From Eubacteriales bacterium (GTDB lineage Bacteria > Bacillota > Clostridia > Oscillospirales > CAG-272), in NCBI GenBank assembly GCA_045649925.1, contig JAZRQS010000027.1, positions 4,795 to 68,794 on the forward strand: a stretch of 64,000 bases of DNA, written 5' to 3'. Each line of letters starts with the position of its first letter. Position 1 is the first letter of the stretch. The notes below the pieces were generated by a model. The model did not search any database. It had not been told where the DNA came from and saw only the letters and a program-made list of their open reading frames with translations. A program made the position numbers and the translations under genes. Positions 7,441 through 17,338 of the stretch are shown in pieces.

Positions 7441-8820
7441 ATGAAATCACCTAAAAACGTATATGTATGTCTTGAATGTGGATATACAAGCCCGAAATGG
7501 CTCGGTAGATGCCCTGACTGTGGTAATTGGAACACACTCGAAGAGAGCGCTCCTGTGCTGCAGGTGTCATCGGACACAAAAGGCTTCAGAGCACCTGCAT
7601 CAAAGGCTCAAAAGCTTGAAGAAATGGCTCTGCCGGAATATATCCGTGCAAAAACAGGGCTCGAGGAGCTTGACAGAGTGCTTGGCGGTGGACTTGTCAC
7701 AGGCTCTGTAGTGCTTATCAGCGGTGAGCCGGGCATAGGAAAATCCACGCTCCTATTGCAGATATGCAACAAGCTGTCACAGGGCAATACTGTAATGTAC
7801 GTTTCAGGGGAGGAGTCCTCCGGTCAGATAAAGCTCAGGGCAGAAAGACTTAAGATAAATAGTTCGGAGCTGTATCTTTTAAATGAGACGTCTCTTGAAA
7901 ATATAATTTCCGAGTATGAGAGAATAAAGCCCGATGTACTTATGGTGGACTCTATACAGACGATGTATAGTGAAAAATGCAATTCATTCGCAGGTAGCGT
8001 TTCGCAGGTGCGCGAGTGTGCTATGACCTATATTGAGATAGCCAAGCGCACTGGTTGCTCTGTCTTTCTCGTCGGCCACGTCAACAAGGAAGGTGGTATA
8101 TCAGGACCGAAGATTTTGGAGCATATGGTGGACGCCGTTTTGTACTTTGAGGGCGAGCGCCGTCAGTCCTACAGAATTATAAGAGCTATCAAAAACCGTT
8201 ACGGCTCTACGAATGAAATTGGCGTATTTGAGATGAGCGATGTCGGCTTGATAGAGGTGCCAAATCCGTCAGAAATGATGATGGACGCCAGGGTAGAGAG
8301 TATAGGCGGAAATTGCGCAGGCTGTATAATCGAGGGAAGCAGACCTATAATAACCGAGATACAGTCGCTTGCCGCTCCGTCGGTATATCCCACACCAAAA
8401 AGAACGGCGGACGGATTTGACTACAACAGAATGGGACTTTTACTCGCAGTGCTCGAAAGAAGGCTCGGCTTGAGATTTTCACAGCACGATGTGTACGTAA
8501 ATATAGCGGGCGGAATGAGGTTAGACGAGCCTGCCGCCGACCTCGCTATAGCAATGTCGCTCGTGTCTGCGATAACCGACAGGATAGTCCCGAATGACCT
8601 TATCGCCTTTGGTGAGATAGGTCTTTCCGGCGAGGTGCGCTCCGTCTCTCACGTTGAATACAGAGTGAAGGAAGCTATCCGCCTTGGATTTAAGAAAATA
8701 CTTTTGCCAAAGAAGAATATAAGCTCAAGAATAAAAGCGCCCGAGGGCGTACAGCTTTGTGGTATAGGAAGCATTTTTGAAGGACTTAAATATCTGGAGA
8801 AAAAGGATATAGTTCAGTAA
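7441..8820 (+). CDS. radA: DNA repair protein RadA/Sms
   Basis: N-terminal zinc finger CLECGYTSPKWLGRCPDCGNW, Walker A GEPGIGKST, KNRYG motif, Lon-like C-terminal domain. Confidence 0.95.
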   Translation: MKSPKNVYVCLECGYTSPKWLGRCPDCGNWNTLEESAPVLQVSSDTKGFRAPASKAQKLEEMALPEYIRAKTGLEELDRVLGGGLVTGSVVLISGEPGIGKSTLLLQICNKLSQGNTVMYVSGEESSGQIKLRAERLKINSSELYLLNETSLENIISEYERIKPDVLMVDSIQTMYSEKCNSFAGSVSQVRECAMTYIEIAKRTGCSVFLVGHVNKEGGISGPKILEHMVDAVLYFEGERRQSYRIIRAIKNRYGSTNEIGVFEMSDVGLIEVPNPSEMMMDARVESIGGNCAGCIIEGSRPIITEIQSLAAPSVYPTPKRTADGFDYNRMGLLLAVLERRLGLRFSQHDVYVNIAGGMRLDEPAADLAIAMSLVSAITDRIVPNDLIAFGEIGLSGEVRSVSHVEYRVKEAIRLGFKKILLPKKNISSRIKAPEGVQLCGIGSIFEGLKYLEKKDIVQ

Positions 8821-8831
8821 GGAAATTTACA

Positions 8832-9803
8832 GTGAAAACAGCGCAAAGGGATATAAACCCGTTTAAATTTACCGACTCCAACAAACGATACTATACATAT
8901 GACTACTATCTGCGCAGTACCTTTGGCGAAAAGTGTTCAAAGATAACGCTTGATGCGGGATTTAGCTGTCCAAATATAGACGGAAGATGTGGATATGGTG
9001 GTTGTATATACTGCTCTGACAGAGGAAGTGGAGATTTCACACAGGACCACGCGCTCTCCCTTCGCGAGCAATATCTCCTGCAATGCGAGAGAATGAAAAC
9101 AAAATGGGATGTGAAAAAGTTCATACCCTATCTTCAGGCGCACACGAACACCTATGCGCCTATAGAAAAACTCAGGAGTGTTTATAGTCAGATATTGGAA
9201 TTGCCCGACTGTGTCGGCTTCAACATCGCCACAAGAGCGGACTGTCTTCAGGACGAAACTGTCGAGCTTCTCGCCGAGATAGCAGAAAAGACCACCTTGA
9301 CAGTCGAGCTTGGTCTGCAGAGCATACACGACGATACCGCAGAGCTTATAAACCGAGGACACTCCTACGAGGACTTTCTCGACGGCTTTCAAAGGCTGAG
9401 GTGCGCATCGGATAGGATAGGCATATGCGTACATCTCATAGACGGACTTCCGAGAGAAAATGAAGAAATGATGCTCGCGACAGCGAGAGAGGTGGGCAGA
9501 CTGCACCCCGAGCAGATAAAGCTGCATCTGTTGTATGTCTTGCAGGGTACAAGGCTCGCCGAAATGTATGCGAGCGGGGAATATCAGCCATTGACAATGG
9601 AGCAATATACGGATATAATCTGTCGTCAGCTTGAAATAATTCCTGAGGATATAGTTATCGGCAGAATAACAGGAGACGGCTCAGCAGACGGGCTTATAGC
9701 GCCCGAATGGAGCAAAAAGAAATTCACCGTTATGAACTCGATAGACAAGGCGCTTTTTGAGAGAAATACGTATCAGGGAAGGCGCTTGACAGACAGCAAA
9801 TAA
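8832..9803 (+). CDS. Radical SAM protein, TIGR01212 (YhcC/YtqA-like) family
   Basis: FSCPNIDGRCGYGGCIYCS cluster region and the overall 320-aa layout typical of the family. Confidence 0.75.
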   Translation: MKTAQRDINPFKFTDSNKRYYTYDYYLRSTFGEKCSKITLDAGFSCPNIDGRCGYGGCIYCSDRGSGDFTQDHALSLREQYLLQCERMKTKWDVKKFIPYLQAHTNTYAPIEKLRSVYSQILELPDCVGFNIATRADCLQDETVELLAEIAEKTTLTVELGLQSIHDDTAELINRGHSYEDFLDGFQRLRCASDRIGICVHLIDGLPRENEEMMLATAREVGRLHPEQIKLHLLYVLQGTRLAEMYASGEYQPLTMEQYTDIICRQLEIIPEDIVIGRITGDGSADGLIAPEWSKKKFTVMNSIDKALFERNTYQGRRLTDSK

Positions 9804-9816
9804 GTCAATAAAAATA

Positions 9817-9870
9817 AAAGCAAGGTTGAAGAAGCGAGATCGTTTCTGATTCGACCTTGCTTTTGTTTTT
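9817..9870 (+). terminator. Intrinsic terminator
   Basis: AAAGCAAGGT...ACCTTGCTTT stem followed by TGTTTTT. Confidence 0.7.
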
Positions 9871-10008
9871 GCTCTGTGGTGAGCCAGTTTTTTAACATAT
9901 TTTTAATACTTCATCGTGGGTGTAAAAAAATAAAGTTTCCTATTGTGCAAAATGCACAAAACACAAAAAGAAAAAAGAAGAAAATTAGCAAAATAGTTTA
10001 AAAAACTA

Positions 10009-10037
10009 TTGAAAAATGATTTTCTATGGTGTATACT
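10009..10037 (+). promoter_or_regulatory. Sigma-A promoter of the EF-G paralog gene
   Basis: TTGAAA (10009-10014), 17 nt, TATACT (10032-10037). It is preceded by the A-tract AAAAAACTA. Confidence 0.6.
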
Positions 10038-10101
10038 GTGTATATAAAGAATATGGATTTTTATTCTTTTAAATATTAGCTGCAAAGGAGAACTCATACC
10101 C

Positions 10102-12180
10102 ATGGACAATTCAACAAAAATGATCAGAAACGTGTGCCTGCTCGGACATGGAGGAGCCGGAAAGACTTCGCTGGCGGAGGCTCTTCTGTATATTTCAAAG
10201 GCTACCGACCGACTCGGAAAGGTAAGCGATGGTAATACGGTATGCGACTATGATCCCGAAGAAATAAAGAGAAAGTTTTCCATCTCTTCCGCACTCGCTT
10301 CTATTACGTGGAGAGATGTAAAAATCAATATACTTGACACCCCCGGATTTTTTGATTTTGAAGGTGAGGTCAAGCAGTGTGTGCGAGTTGCAGACAGTGC
10401 GATAATCGTAGTAGATGGTAAGGATGGAGTAAAGGTAGGAACAGAGCTTGCATGGGATTATGCGACTGAAGCAAAGATCCCGAAGTCCTTCTTTATCAAC
10501 CGCTTTGACGATGATGAAGCGAGATTTTATAAGGTGTTTGAAGCTTTGAGAGAGAAGTTCGGCTTGGCGCTTTGCCCCGTACTTATTCCTTGCATTGATG
10601 TAGACAAGGTTATAGGCTTCTTGTATCTCGTTGATATGCAGGTTTACACGTTTGACTCTGCTTCAGGAGAGTACGTTTCCTGCGCCATTCCCGAGCAGTT
10701 TATGGACATTGCAAAGGAATATAGAAACAAGCTTGTCGAATCCGTTGCTATGACGAGTGAGCCTCTTATGGAAAAGTTCTTTGCAGAAGAGGAAATCACA
10801 AAGGACGAGATAACCGAGGCAATGCATGATGGTATCATACATGGTGATATCGTTCCTGTATTCTGTGGCGCCGCTACAAAGATGTGGGGCGTAAAATCAC
10901 TCGTAAATACTATAGTTGACTCATTCCCGAGACCTACTGCAAGAGGATGCGAGCACCTTGTAACTGAAGACGGCAAGATCGAAGAGGTTGTTATCAACAA
11001 GGACAGCCCCAACACCTCGGTATTCGTGTTCAAGACTGTAGCAGACCCGTTTGTTGGTAAGCTTTCGTTCTTCAAGGTAATGCAGGGAACACTTAAAAAG
11101 GATATGAGCCTGCGCAACACGAGAATAGGCGAGAGCGAGGAATTCAGCCGTCTTTATACTATGCGCGGTAAGAAGCAGATAGATGTAAACGAGCTTGTCT
11201 GTGGTGATATAGGCGTTACTGCAAAGCTTTCCGTAACAAACACAAACGATACTCTTACCACGGTAATGCAGAACATCAGATATACACCTGTTCAGTATCC
11301 TACGCCCTATATGGTGCGCTCCATTTCACCTGCCGCAAAGGGCGATGAGGATAAGATTTCTCAGGGTATATCAAGACTTCTCGAAGAAGATCTTACGGTA
11401 AAATATCAGATAGATCCCAACACCAAGCAGATGCTTATTTACGGTATCGGTGATATTCATATAGACACAGTTGTTTCAAAGCTTAAGACTCGCTACAACA
11501 CCTCTGTCGTGCTTGGCGATCCTATAATTCCTTACAAGGAAACTATTAAGAAGACAGTTCAGGCTGAAGGTAAGCACAAGAAACAGTCCGGAGGTAGCGG
11601 TCAGTATGGTCACGTTAAGATTACCTTCTCACCTGGTGAGGACGACGGCTTGACATTTACTGAAAGTATTTTCGGCGGATCTGTTCCGAAGAACTTCCAT
11701 CCTGCAGTAGAAAAGGGACTTCAGGAATCTATGCAGAAGGGTGTCCTTGCAGGATTTCCTATGGTAAAGCTTAAGGCTGACCTCTTCGACGGCTCATACC
11801 ATGACGTCGATAGTAATGAAATATCCTTCAAGCTTGCTGCAAACCTTGCATATAAGGATGGTATTCCGAAGGCAAATCCCGTTCTGCTTGAGCCTGTTGG
11901 CGAGCTTAACGTAATAGTTCCCGATGATTATGTCGGTGATATTATGGGCGATATCAACAAGCGTCGCGGAAGAGTCATGGGAATAGAAGCGGCAGAAAAA
12001 TCTGGATATCAGATAGTAAATGCCGAGGTTCCCTCTGCTGAAATGCAGGACTACGTAATTTTCCTCCGCGCTACCACGCAGGGAAGAGGTAAATATGATT
12101 TTGCAGTCGTCAGATATGAGGAGGTTCCTCAGTCTGTTGCAAGTGCAATAATTGAAAAGGCAAAGGCTGCAAACGCTTAA
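10102..12180 (+). CDS. Elongation factor G paralog (EF-G2-like translational GTPase)
   Basis: Full five-domain EF-G length (692 aa). The P-loop is GHGGAGKTS rather than the canonical AHIDAGKTT. The N-terminus resembles Thermus EF-G-2 (VALVGHAGSGKTTLTEALLY). DTPG and a NRFD-type G4 motif are present. Confidence 0.85.
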   Translation: MDNSTKMIRNVCLLGHGGAGKTSLAEALLYISKATDRLGKVSDGNTVCDYDPEEIKRKFSISSALASITWRDVKINILDTPGFFDFEGEVKQCVRVADSAIIVVDGKDGVKVGTELAWDYATEAKIPKSFFINRFDDDEARFYKVFEALREKFGLALCPVLIPCIDVDKVIGFLYLVDMQVYTFDSASGEYVSCAIPEQFMDIAKEYRNKLVESVAMTSEPLMEKFFAEEEITKDEITEAMHDGIIHGDIVPVFCGAATKMWGVKSLVNTIVDSFPRPTARGCEHLVTEDGKIEEVVINKDSPNTSVFVFKTVADPFVGKLSFFKVMQGTLKKDMSLRNTRIGESEEFSRLYTMRGKKQIDVNELVCGDIGVTAKLSVTNTNDTLTTVMQNIRYTPVQYPTPYMVRSISPAAKGDEDKISQGISRLLEEDLTVKYQIDPNTKQMLIYGIGDIHIDTVVSKLKTRYNTSVVLGDPIIPYKETIKKTVQAEGKHKKQSGGSGQYGHVKITFSPGEDDGLTFTESIFGGSVPKNFHPAVEKGLQESMQKGVLAGFPMVKLKADLFDGSYHDVDSNEISFKLAANLAYKDGIPKANPVLLEPVGELNVIVPDDYVGDIMGDINKRRGRVMGIEAAEKSGYQIVNAEVPSAEMQDYVIFLRATTQGRGKYDFAVVRYEEVPQSVASAIIEKAKAANA

Positions 12181-12194
12181 GGCTATAAAAAAGC

Positions 12195-12232
12195 ATCACC
12201 GAGCACGGTTTTCGTGCTCGGTGATTTTCTTT
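12195..12232. terminator. Bidirectional intrinsic terminator between convergent genes
   Basis: 13-bp perfect stem ATCACCGAGCACG / CGTGCTCGGTGAT, 5-nt loop, with an A-run before and a T-run after. Confidence 0.85.
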
Positions 12233-12272
12233 ATTACAGTTGTTTAAATTGAGGATATATTTCCCTATATTA

Positions 12273-12674
12273 TCAGTTGTTTTTCTCGTGCGAAGTACAA
12301 GCTCCGCCTGTAAACATCCCATTCATATCTACAAACAAAAGCTCTTCGTCTACGTCTTTAAATCCCATTGCAGTGAGAAGGCGTCCGTCTCCTGCATTTT
12401 TTTCGCATCTTGCAATGTGAACGCCACAGAGGTCTATAAAGTTCATTGTTCCTCTGCCCATGATAAACATAGCCTCAAAATCGTCTACGTCTGTGGCGGG
12501 GGCGATGTTTTTTATAAATCCGCATTCACCTTTTATGGCAAACTGGCACATTCCGAGAAATTTTTCCTCCTCGTATGCCGCATACGCCATCATATCCTCG
12601 TCATATGGAATATTACACTTTGATGCAAAAAATTCCTGCTCCTGCTTTGTCTGTATAGGTTTTACTGTAAGCAT
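12273..12674 (-). CDS. Hypothetical 133-aa protein (possibly a minimal GNAT-like fold)
   Basis: ORF lies 19 nt downstream of rluB on the same strand. No confident motif; FIMGRGTMNFID loosely resembles GNAT motif A. Confidence 0.5.
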   Translation of the reverse strand: MLTVKPIQTKQEQEFFASKCNIPYDEDMMAYAAYEEEKFLGMCQFAIKGECGFIKNIAPATDVDDFEAMFIMGRGTMNFIDLCGVHIARCEKNAGDGRLLTAMGFKDVDEELLFVDMNGMFTGGACTSHEKNN

Positions 12675-12692
12675 GAAAGTTCTCCGTTACTA

Positions 12693-13427
12693 TTATTTTG
12701 AATTTGCGTACAAATAGTCTATTTCAGACTGCTCAAGGTATCTCCACTTGCCGACAGGGAGGTTGTTGAGCTTTATCTGTCCTATCGCTACGCGGTTAAG
12801 TCTTTTGACCTCAAGTCCTGCTATCTCGCACATTTTTCGGATTTGTCTGTTTCTGCCTTCAAATAAAGTCATTTTTAAGACGGAACCATTTTCGTCATCA
12901 CCAGTGCACTCTACCTGCACAGGCTGTATTTTGTAGCCGTCTATCTCTAATTCTGACGTCAAGGTGTCGAGCTGTTCCTTTGTTATATGTGAATTAACCT
13001 TTACTCTATAAATCTTTGGAATGGCGTGCTTGGGGTGTGTAAGGCGATTTGCGAGCACTCCATCGTTTGTCAAGAGGAGCAATCCCTCTGAGCAAAGGTC
13101 AAGTCTTCCAATGGGGTACACTCTTTCTTCCACTCCGTCAAGCAGGTCTGTGACACACTTTCTTCCGTGAGGGTCAGTCGTGCTTGTGATATAGCCTCTC
13201 GGCTTGTTCATTAATATATATACGTGGGAGTTTTTTGACATAGGCTTAATAAGCTTGCCCATGTAGTGAACCTTGTCTTTTTTCGGATTTATCTTTGTGC
13301 CTACTGTGGCGACATATCCGTTCACCTTTACCTTGCCTGCTGCAATTTCTGCTTCGGCTGCGCGGCGTGACATTACACCACAGTCGGTGAAAAATTTCTG
13401 AAGTCTTACAAGTTCGTTGTTTGCCAT
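12693..13427 (-). CDS. rluB: Pseudouridine synthase, RsuA/RluB family, with an S4 domain
   Basis: S4 N-terminus LQKFFTDCGVMSRRAAEAEIAAGKVKVNG. Catalytic core has VYPIGRLDLCSEGLLLLTNDG and EGRNRQIRKM. Start set at ATG 13427. Confidence 0.85.
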   Translation of the reverse strand: MANNELVRLQKFFTDCGVMSRRAAEAEIAAGKVKVNGYVATVGTKINPKKDKVHYMGKLIKPMSKNSHVYILMNKPRGYITSTTDPHGRKCVTDLLDGVEERVYPIGRLDLCSEGLLLLTNDGVLANRLTHPKHAIPKIYRVKVNSHITKEQLDTLTSELEIDGYKIQPVQVECTGDDENGSVLKMTLFEGRNRQIRKMCEIAGLEVKRLNRVAIGQIKLNNLPVGKWRYLEQSEIDYLYANSK

Positions 13428-13458
13428 AATTATGTAACGGAAAAGACGCAATCGTGCG

Positions 13459-14577
13459 TCAAAATCCGAATATTCCTTTTTTTATTTTCTGTTTTTTTAC
13501 GTTTTCCGTAGCTACAAGCGGAGAAGAGGCTACGATTTTCCCCTTGATAGTGTAGCAGGCTTGTCCGACGACGTCACCTTCATTAACAGGCGCGACGATG
13601 AACTTGTCAAGCTCTACTACAAGCTTTCCTTCGCCTGCATTCCTTTGCAGGATTGCTGACAATTCCGACGCATTGTGACAGCCTATCTCAAGTTTATCGC
13701 CGTTAAGTGTCGGCAGAGAATATTCAAGCTCGCCAGCAGAAGCAAAAATGCGTTTTTCATAGCTGTTGAATGCAAGGTCGAGCATAGCCTTGTGATCCTG
13801 CCAGTCAGACGGCGCATCAAGTGTTACGCATATGACATCAAGTCCGTCTCTCTCTGCTGACGACACGAGACATCTTCCGCTTTTCTTGGTAAAGCCTGTT
13901 TTCACTCCGTTTGCTCCCTCATACAGCAAAAGCATCTTGTTGTGATTTACGACTGTGCGCACGCACTCTCCGTCAAGCGAGGAAAAGGTTTTCCTGTAGG
14001 TCGATACAATGCTCTTGAATTCGGGAATTTTGAGAGCATATGCCGTCATCATTGCGAGGTCCCTTGCGCTCGTGTAATGCTCAGGGGCGTCGAGTCCATG
14101 CGGGTTTGTGAAATGGGTGTCCAAAAGCCCCATCTCGCTTGCCTTTTCGTTCATCAGCTCTGCAAATTTCTCGACACTTCCTCCTACTCCTATTGCGAGC
14201 GCGGCCGCCGCATCGTTTGCGCTTTGAAGCAGTACGGCATACAAAAGACTTTCGACGGTGAATTCATCTCCCTCACGCAGATATGCAGATGTCCCCTCGA
14301 TGCCTACTGCCTCGCACGGAATTTTTACTACATCGTCAAGGGAGGCGTTTTCCAGTGCGACAAGTGCGGTCATAATTTTCGTCGTGCTTGCCATAGGGCG
14401 CCTTACGGTAGAATTCTTTTCATATACTGTTATATCAGCTTCAGGGATATATACAAATGCGCATCGTGCAGATACAGAAAAATCCTGTGCCGATGAAAAC
14501 AGGCAAAAGGGAAGTGATAGCAAAATTATCAGCGCAAAAGCAATAATGCGATGAATATTTTTGTATTTATATTTCAA
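13459..14577 (-). CDS. D-alanyl-D-alanine carboxypeptidase (PBP5/DacB-type, serine)
   Basis: Signal peptide. SxxK (ASTTKIMTAL), SxN (QSANDAA) and KTG (VKTGFT) are present, plus a C-terminal PBP5_C-like domain. Confidence 0.9.
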   Translation of the reverse strand: MKYKYKNIHRIIAFALIILLSLPFCLFSSAQDFSVSARCAFVYIPEADITVYEKNSTVRRPMASTTKIMTALVALENASLDDVVKIPCEAVGIEGTSAYLREGDEFTVESLLYAVLLQSANDAAAALAIGVGGSVEKFAELMNEKASEMGLLDTHFTNPHGLDAPEHYTSARDLAMMTAYALKIPEFKSIVSTYRKTFSSLDGECVRTVVNHNKMLLLYEGANGVKTGFTKKSGRCLVSSAERDGLDVICVTLDAPSDWQDHKAMLDLAFNSYEKRIFASAGELEYSLPTLNGDKLEIGCHNASELSAILQRNAGEGKLVVELDKFIVAPVNEGDVVGQACYTIKGKIVASSPLVATENVKKQKIKKGIFGF

Positions 14578-14667
14578 AATATAGCTCCTTGTAGGTTTTG
14601 TGATACATAATTAATTTGTTGCTTTACAACAAAATTATTCACAAAATACTCAAGGTAAAGATAGCTA

Positions 14668-15102
14668 TTATTTGTCCTCTGATGCTTGTTCAGCTTTGTC
14701 CTTTACAAATACGTTCTTCAGTCTCTGCAAGATGTCAGGAGAACGCTCGATAAGGGAAGTGATCTTTTCGACAGAGCTGTTGGGGTCGTTTTGAGTTATA
14801 GGCAGTATATCTACGTTTCCTGTCGCTGACACAACGAGAAATGCGATAGGAGTGATGTTTACACCCGTTCCTCCGCCACCGCCGAAATTGCTTGCCTTTG
14901 CGTTTTGTGAGGGCTTCGTGTCCTTGTTTTTCGCATTGTAATCAATTCCTCCGGAAGCAAATCCCATACTTATCTTTGATACGGGAACAATGGTGACAGA
15001 GCCTACACTTATCGGCTCGCCCACTACAGTTTCGGAGTCTGCAAAGCTTTTGATTTTTTCAAGTGAAGTTCCTATGATATCAGTCAACTTGCTTTCTGCC
15101 AT
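14668..15102 (-). CDS. ytfJ: Sporulation protein YtfJ (GerW family)
   Basis: ETVVGEPISVGSVTIVPVSKISMGFASGG...GGGGGTGVNITPIAFLVV pattern typical of YtfJ/GerW. Confidence 0.8.
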   Translation of the reverse strand: MAESKLTDIIGTSLEKIKSFADSETVVGEPISVGSVTIVPVSKISMGFASGGIDYNAKNKDTKPSQNAKASNFGGGGGTGVNITPIAFLVVSATGNVDILPITQNDPNSSVEKITSLIERSPDILQRLKNVFVKDKAEQASEDK

Positions 15103-15103
15103 T

Positions 15104-15787
15104 TTATTTTTCCTCCGTTGTTTGAGTTGTATTTTTTTGTTTTTGTGATTTTTTATTTAAGTGCTCTCTGTGTGAGGAGAGCGAATTTGATGCTCTCAAT
15201 GCAGTAGAAGCCAATATAGCCAAGGCTCTGTACAATCTCCACGAGAGAGCTATTTTCATCTCATACGTTGTCTCAGTGGATGAAAAGTCTGTCGTTATCG
15301 CTACGTTGGAATTCTTTTTATATTTGATATTTACAAGCGAGCCGAGAAATTCAAAGAGATATGCACATGCCTGCGAGATTATTCCGTATGATATAGCCGT
15401 TTTTGCTGGGTCATCGGTCGCAACAGTGATGTGCAGCTTTTCTACCTTCACCGTAAGTCCACGCTTAGCGGATTCATATGTTTTTCCAATAAAGCCCTTT
15501 AAAAGCTCCAGATAAAACGGAATGTCGTCACCGCTGTACTTTTTTACTGATTTTTTGTCCTTTTTTATTTTTGCCTTGCCCTTTGATTTCAGTCTCTGCT
15601 TTTTCAATTCATTTCTGAAATCGCGACGACTCATTTTTTTCTTTTCCTTGCTTTTTGGTGGAATAGAAAAATTGAAAAACAGAATTCTCAGAGTCGCGCT
15701 GAATCCGTCATCGCTTGACAAAATTATCTTTACAGGAAGCATCAAAATGCAAAACAAGACTAATGCGATTATCAACACAGCTTGCAT
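15104..15787 (-). CDS. DUF2953-type (YtfI-like) sporulation-associated membrane protein
   Basis: N-terminal TM and a Lys-rich linker. It sits immediately upstream of ytfJ, as in the B. subtilis ytfI-ytfJ pair. Confidence 0.6.
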   Translation of the reverse strand: MQAVLIIALVLFCILMLPVKIILSSDDGFSATLRILFFNFSIPPKSKEKKKMSRRDFRNELKKQRLKSKGKAKIKKDKKSVKKYSGDDIPFYLELLKGFIGKTYESAKRGLTVKVEKLHITVATDDPAKTAISYGIISQACAYLFEFLGSLVNIKYKKNSNVAITTDFSSTETTYEMKIALSWRLYRALAILASTALRASNSLSSHREHLNKKSQKQKNTTQTTEEK

Positions 15788-15802
15788 ATTATAGCCTCCT
15801 TT

Positions 15803-16516
15803 TTAGTGTTTTTGTAGTTTATTCAGCTCAGCGTCTTCGTTTTCTTCACTTGCGCTTGTCATTTCTATGGAGTCATCAAGCGTCAGCTGGTTTTTGTCAG
15901 GGAATTGATTAGAGAGCTGCTCCTCCATTCTCTTGAGCATTTCAGCTGCCTCCTCGGAGTTGACACCGGGAAGGTCTGAAAGGGAAGAAAGTCCAAAGCA
16001 TCTCAAGAAATTAGTGGATGTGCCGTAGAGCATAGGACGGCCGGGAGCGTCAAGGCGTCCCTTCGCCTCAATAAGTCCTCGCTCAAGCAGGTTTGATACA
16101 GAGTAGCTACTGTCAACGCCTCTTACAGTATCCACATATGCGCGAGTTACAGGCTGGTTGTACGCTATTATAGCGAGCGTCTCTATAGATGAAGCGGAGA
16201 GGTTTCCGTTACGGCGAATGCCAAGCGCCTCGCGTATCTGGGAGATATATTCCTTTTTGGTGCACAATTGACAGCAGTCGTCAAAGGTGAGCATTATAAT
16301 TCCGCGTGGAATAGAGCACTGCTCGTTGTATATATTTGCATATTCTGCGACCTTTGCCTTTACAGCAGACGGCGTGAGGTTGAAAATCCCTGAGAGCTTA
16401 TCATAGCTGACGGGATGTCCTGCTGCGTAAAGAATAGCCTCGAGCGCTTCTTCAAAGTTTATTTCAGGCTCGGTCGCTTCAATTTCTTCTAAGGTGTTTT
16501 CGTTATTCTGTGTCAT
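15803..16516 (-). CDS. scpB: Segregation and condensation protein B
   Basis: ALEAILYAAGHPVS..., ETLAIIAYNQPVTRAYVDTVRGVDS, GRLDAPGRPMLYGTS. Start set at ATG 16516, which overlaps the scpA stop by 14 nt. Confidence 0.9.
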   Translation of the reverse strand: MTQNNENTLEEIEATEPEINFEEALEAILYAAGHPVSYDKLSGIFNLTPSAVKAKVAEYANIYNEQCSIPRGIIMLTFDDCCQLCTKKEYISQIREALGIRRNGNLSASSIETLAIIAYNQPVTRAYVDTVRGVDSSYSVSNLLERGLIEAKGRLDAPGRPMLYGTSTNFLRCFGLSSLSDLPGVNSEEAAEMLKRMEEQLSNQFPDKNQLTLDDSIEMTSASEENEDAELNKLQKH

Positions 16517-17327
16517 TTGCTTTCTGTTCGCTTTCATCGTTATTTTCGGGGGTGTAGTCATGGTTGATCTCAAACTTCAAGGTCATCCAGTCCTCTTGCT
16601 CATATTCTTCATCAAAGCCAAGAGGCTTTTCGGCATATTCTTCTTCTGTATACGCTTGGCATATGAGCACCCTGCGGAGCTTGATAAGCTCGAGAATACC
16701 CATAAATATTGCGACAAGCTCGGATTTTGACTCTGCATCCTTCAATAAGAAGAATAGCGATGCCTGTCCCTGTATGTTGAGCTTTTCGACTACCTCCTCT
16801 ATCTTTTCCTCTACGTTTACTACCTTGTTCTTTATAAGAGGAGAAATGTATTTCGTAGGAGATTGCTCGGAAAGGCGCAGACGGTTGAGCATGGTAGACA
16901 GCGCCTTTGAGAGAAGCGCAGGATCAAGTCCTAGCGGGAAGCCCTTTTCCGGAGGTATCTCGTCCTCGTCTTTTATCATTCTGCCCGAGTAGGTTGCATA
17001 GAGAGGTCTGAGCTCCTCTGCCGCCTCCTTTGCCTTTTGGTATAGCAAGAGGGCGTCAATAAGCTCTGTCCTCGGATCCTCCTCGTCATCGTCGGTCTTG
17101 GGGAGGAGCATACGGCTCTTTATGAGCATGAGTTGACTTGCCATGCTGATAAATTCGCTGGCTATCTCAAGGTCGAGCTTTCTCGCCTGCTCTATATATT
17201 CCATATATTGATCGCATATGACCGAGATCGGTATATCAATTATGCTCACCTTGTTTTTCGCTATAAGCGAAAGCAAAAGGTCGAGCGGACCTTCATATTG
17301 GTCAAGTTTGTAGGTAATGTCCTCCAT
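16503..17327 (-). CDS. scpA: Segregation and condensation protein A
   Basis: YEGPLDLLLSLIAKNKVSIIDIPISVICDQYMEYI N-terminus and overall kleisin layout. Confidence 0.9.
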   Translation of the reverse strand: MEDITYKLDQYEGPLDLLLSLIAKNKVSIIDIPISVICDQYMEYIEQARKLDLEIASEFISMASQLMLIKSRMLLPKTDDDEEDPRTELIDALLLYQKAKEAAEELRPLYATYSGRMIKDEDEIPPEKGFPLGLDPALLSKALSTMLNRLRLSEQSPTKYISPLIKNKVVNVEEKIEEVVEKLNIQGQASLFFLLKDAESKSELVAIFMGILELIKLRRVLICQAYTEEEYAEKPLGFDEEYEQEDWMTLKFEINHDYTPENNDESEQKANDTE

Positions 17328-17338
17328 TTGAGCTCCTA

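Noticed and set aside
8937-9605. 222-aa ORF antisense to the TIGR01212 radical SAM gene
   Set aside because: It is antisense to a gene with clear motifs, and I recognise no motif of its own.
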